From positions 1 to 61,203 of the IMG/VR virus record IMGVR_UViG_3300042517_000342: 61,203 nt of DNA; one strand, 5' to 3'. Shown here piece by piece: positions 60,432 through 61,203 of the stretch; position 1 is the stretch's first letter, and every line of letters starts with the position of its first letter. The notes under the pieces were generated by a model, which had not been told where the DNA came from, made no database searches, and saw only the letters and a program-made list of their open reading frames with translations. The position numbers were made by a program, and so were the translations under genes. This stretch comes from a virus. Lineage: Duplodnaviria; Caudoviricetes.

Positions 60432-60640
60432 TCTGCATCGTTCCAGAAGCTGTCGCAGTCTGCAAGGTAGGCCACAGGACCATAGTGCCCCGGCCTGCGA
60501 TCACAATTGCGTTTGAACTCGTCACGCGTCATTCCGAGTTCATCGCGCGCCCACACTACGGACCGATACAGGCGCGACAGGCGGCTACCGGCGAGATTGC
60601 AGAAATTGATTTGCTCTCGTGTTTGGGTGGTGGTGTTCAT
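60428..60640 (-). CDS. First early gene (70 aa)
   Basis: ATG 60640 with GGAG upstream, behind the promoter at 60694-60722. Confidence 0.55.
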   Translation of the reverse strand: MNTTTQTREQINFCNLAGSRLSRLYRSVVWARDELGMTRDEFKRNCDRRPGHYGPVAYLADCDSFWNDAE

Positions 60641-60693
60641 GGTCGTGGGTGTCTCCGGGCGGGTGTGTGTGTTGGGTGCTGCGGTGTGGGTAT

Positions 60694-60722
60694 AGATTGA
60701 CAACGTCCGGGCTGGGTGTCAA
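60694..60722 (-). promoter_or_regulatory. Early sigma70-type promoter
   Basis: TTGACA-17 bp-CAATCT on the minus strand. Confidence 0.6.
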
Positions 60723-61133
60723 GCGATACTTTGCAAACGAAAGCAAACTTTGTTTGCGCTCGCGCGGAGCGCTTGTGACATATTCGACTGAGGGTCGGGG
60801 GACGGTTGCACCAATTTGGTGCAAGGATAATAGCCCGATTACTGCACAAGTGTATATTAGTGGGGAGCCGGTGCGGACAGGGGGAAACTTGGCGTGTGGT
60901 GGGGGAAGGATGTGTGTTGGGTAGGGGGAGCGTGTGTGTTGGGTGCGCCCCCTCCCCTTCTCTTGTGTTTGTACACATTTAACAGAGAGAGAGCCTTGAT
61001 AGGTCACAGAGAGCCTAACGGCTCCGCTCTTTCCCCGTTCCATTATCCCCTTTCCCTAATTCATTCGCTAACTCCATTCGATTCGATTGGCTCCTTCTTT
61101 GGGCTGGTCCCGATTTCCATTAGCCACTTCATT

Positions 61134-61203
61134 GGGGTTTCTTTGTGTGCACTAGACCGGGGGGTATCCCTTTGGTGGGGGTGGGGTGGGTTCAAGGGGT
61201 ACC
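61134..61203. repeat. Terminal direct repeat / circular assembly overlap, copy 2
   Basis: 65/70 identical to 1-70. Confidence 0.9.

Noticed and set aside
1-61203. CRISPR array, integrase, RNA polymerase, reverse transcriptase/retron/DGR
   Set aside because: No regularly spaced repeats and no recognisable catalytic motifs for these enzymes in any ORF

Overview
The window is an apparently complete, circularly assembled genome (about 61.1 kb) of a lytic tailed dsDNA phage with podovirus-type architecture. Positions 1-70 and 61134-61203 are the same 70-bp sequence with 5 G/T mismatches. The plus-strand arm (about 0.1-33.5 kb) is the late module: tail fibres, GH24 endolysin, TerS/TerL, portal, scaffold, N4-gp56-type major capsid, adaptor and nozzle, ejection proteins including a 2135-aa polyvalent protein (HEXXH peptidase plus ART-like domain), two low-complexity Q/G/M-rich proteins, and holin/spanins. 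The minus-strand arm (about 33.6-60.7 kb) carries many small early ORFs, a T7-like primase-helicase, a split family A DNA polymerase, SSB, class II RNR (NrdJ), ThyX, dUTPase, nucleases, several HNH endonucleases and one atypical tRNA-Gln. I recognised no RNA polymerase or integrase, and several near-consensus sigma70 promoters are present. The most notable unexplained features are: (1) covarying CANGGANG hairpins (CsrA/RsmA-type) at or beside the ribosome-binding sites of capsid, portal, tail fibre, nrdJ and an HNH gene; (2) a promoter-driven, about 270-nt structured non-coding RNA or leader downstream of nrdJ; (3) a structured nrdJ leader; (4) the ART/peptidase-bearing ejection protein followed by prion-like proteins. 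All protein calls come from motif recognition by eye; no database search was run.
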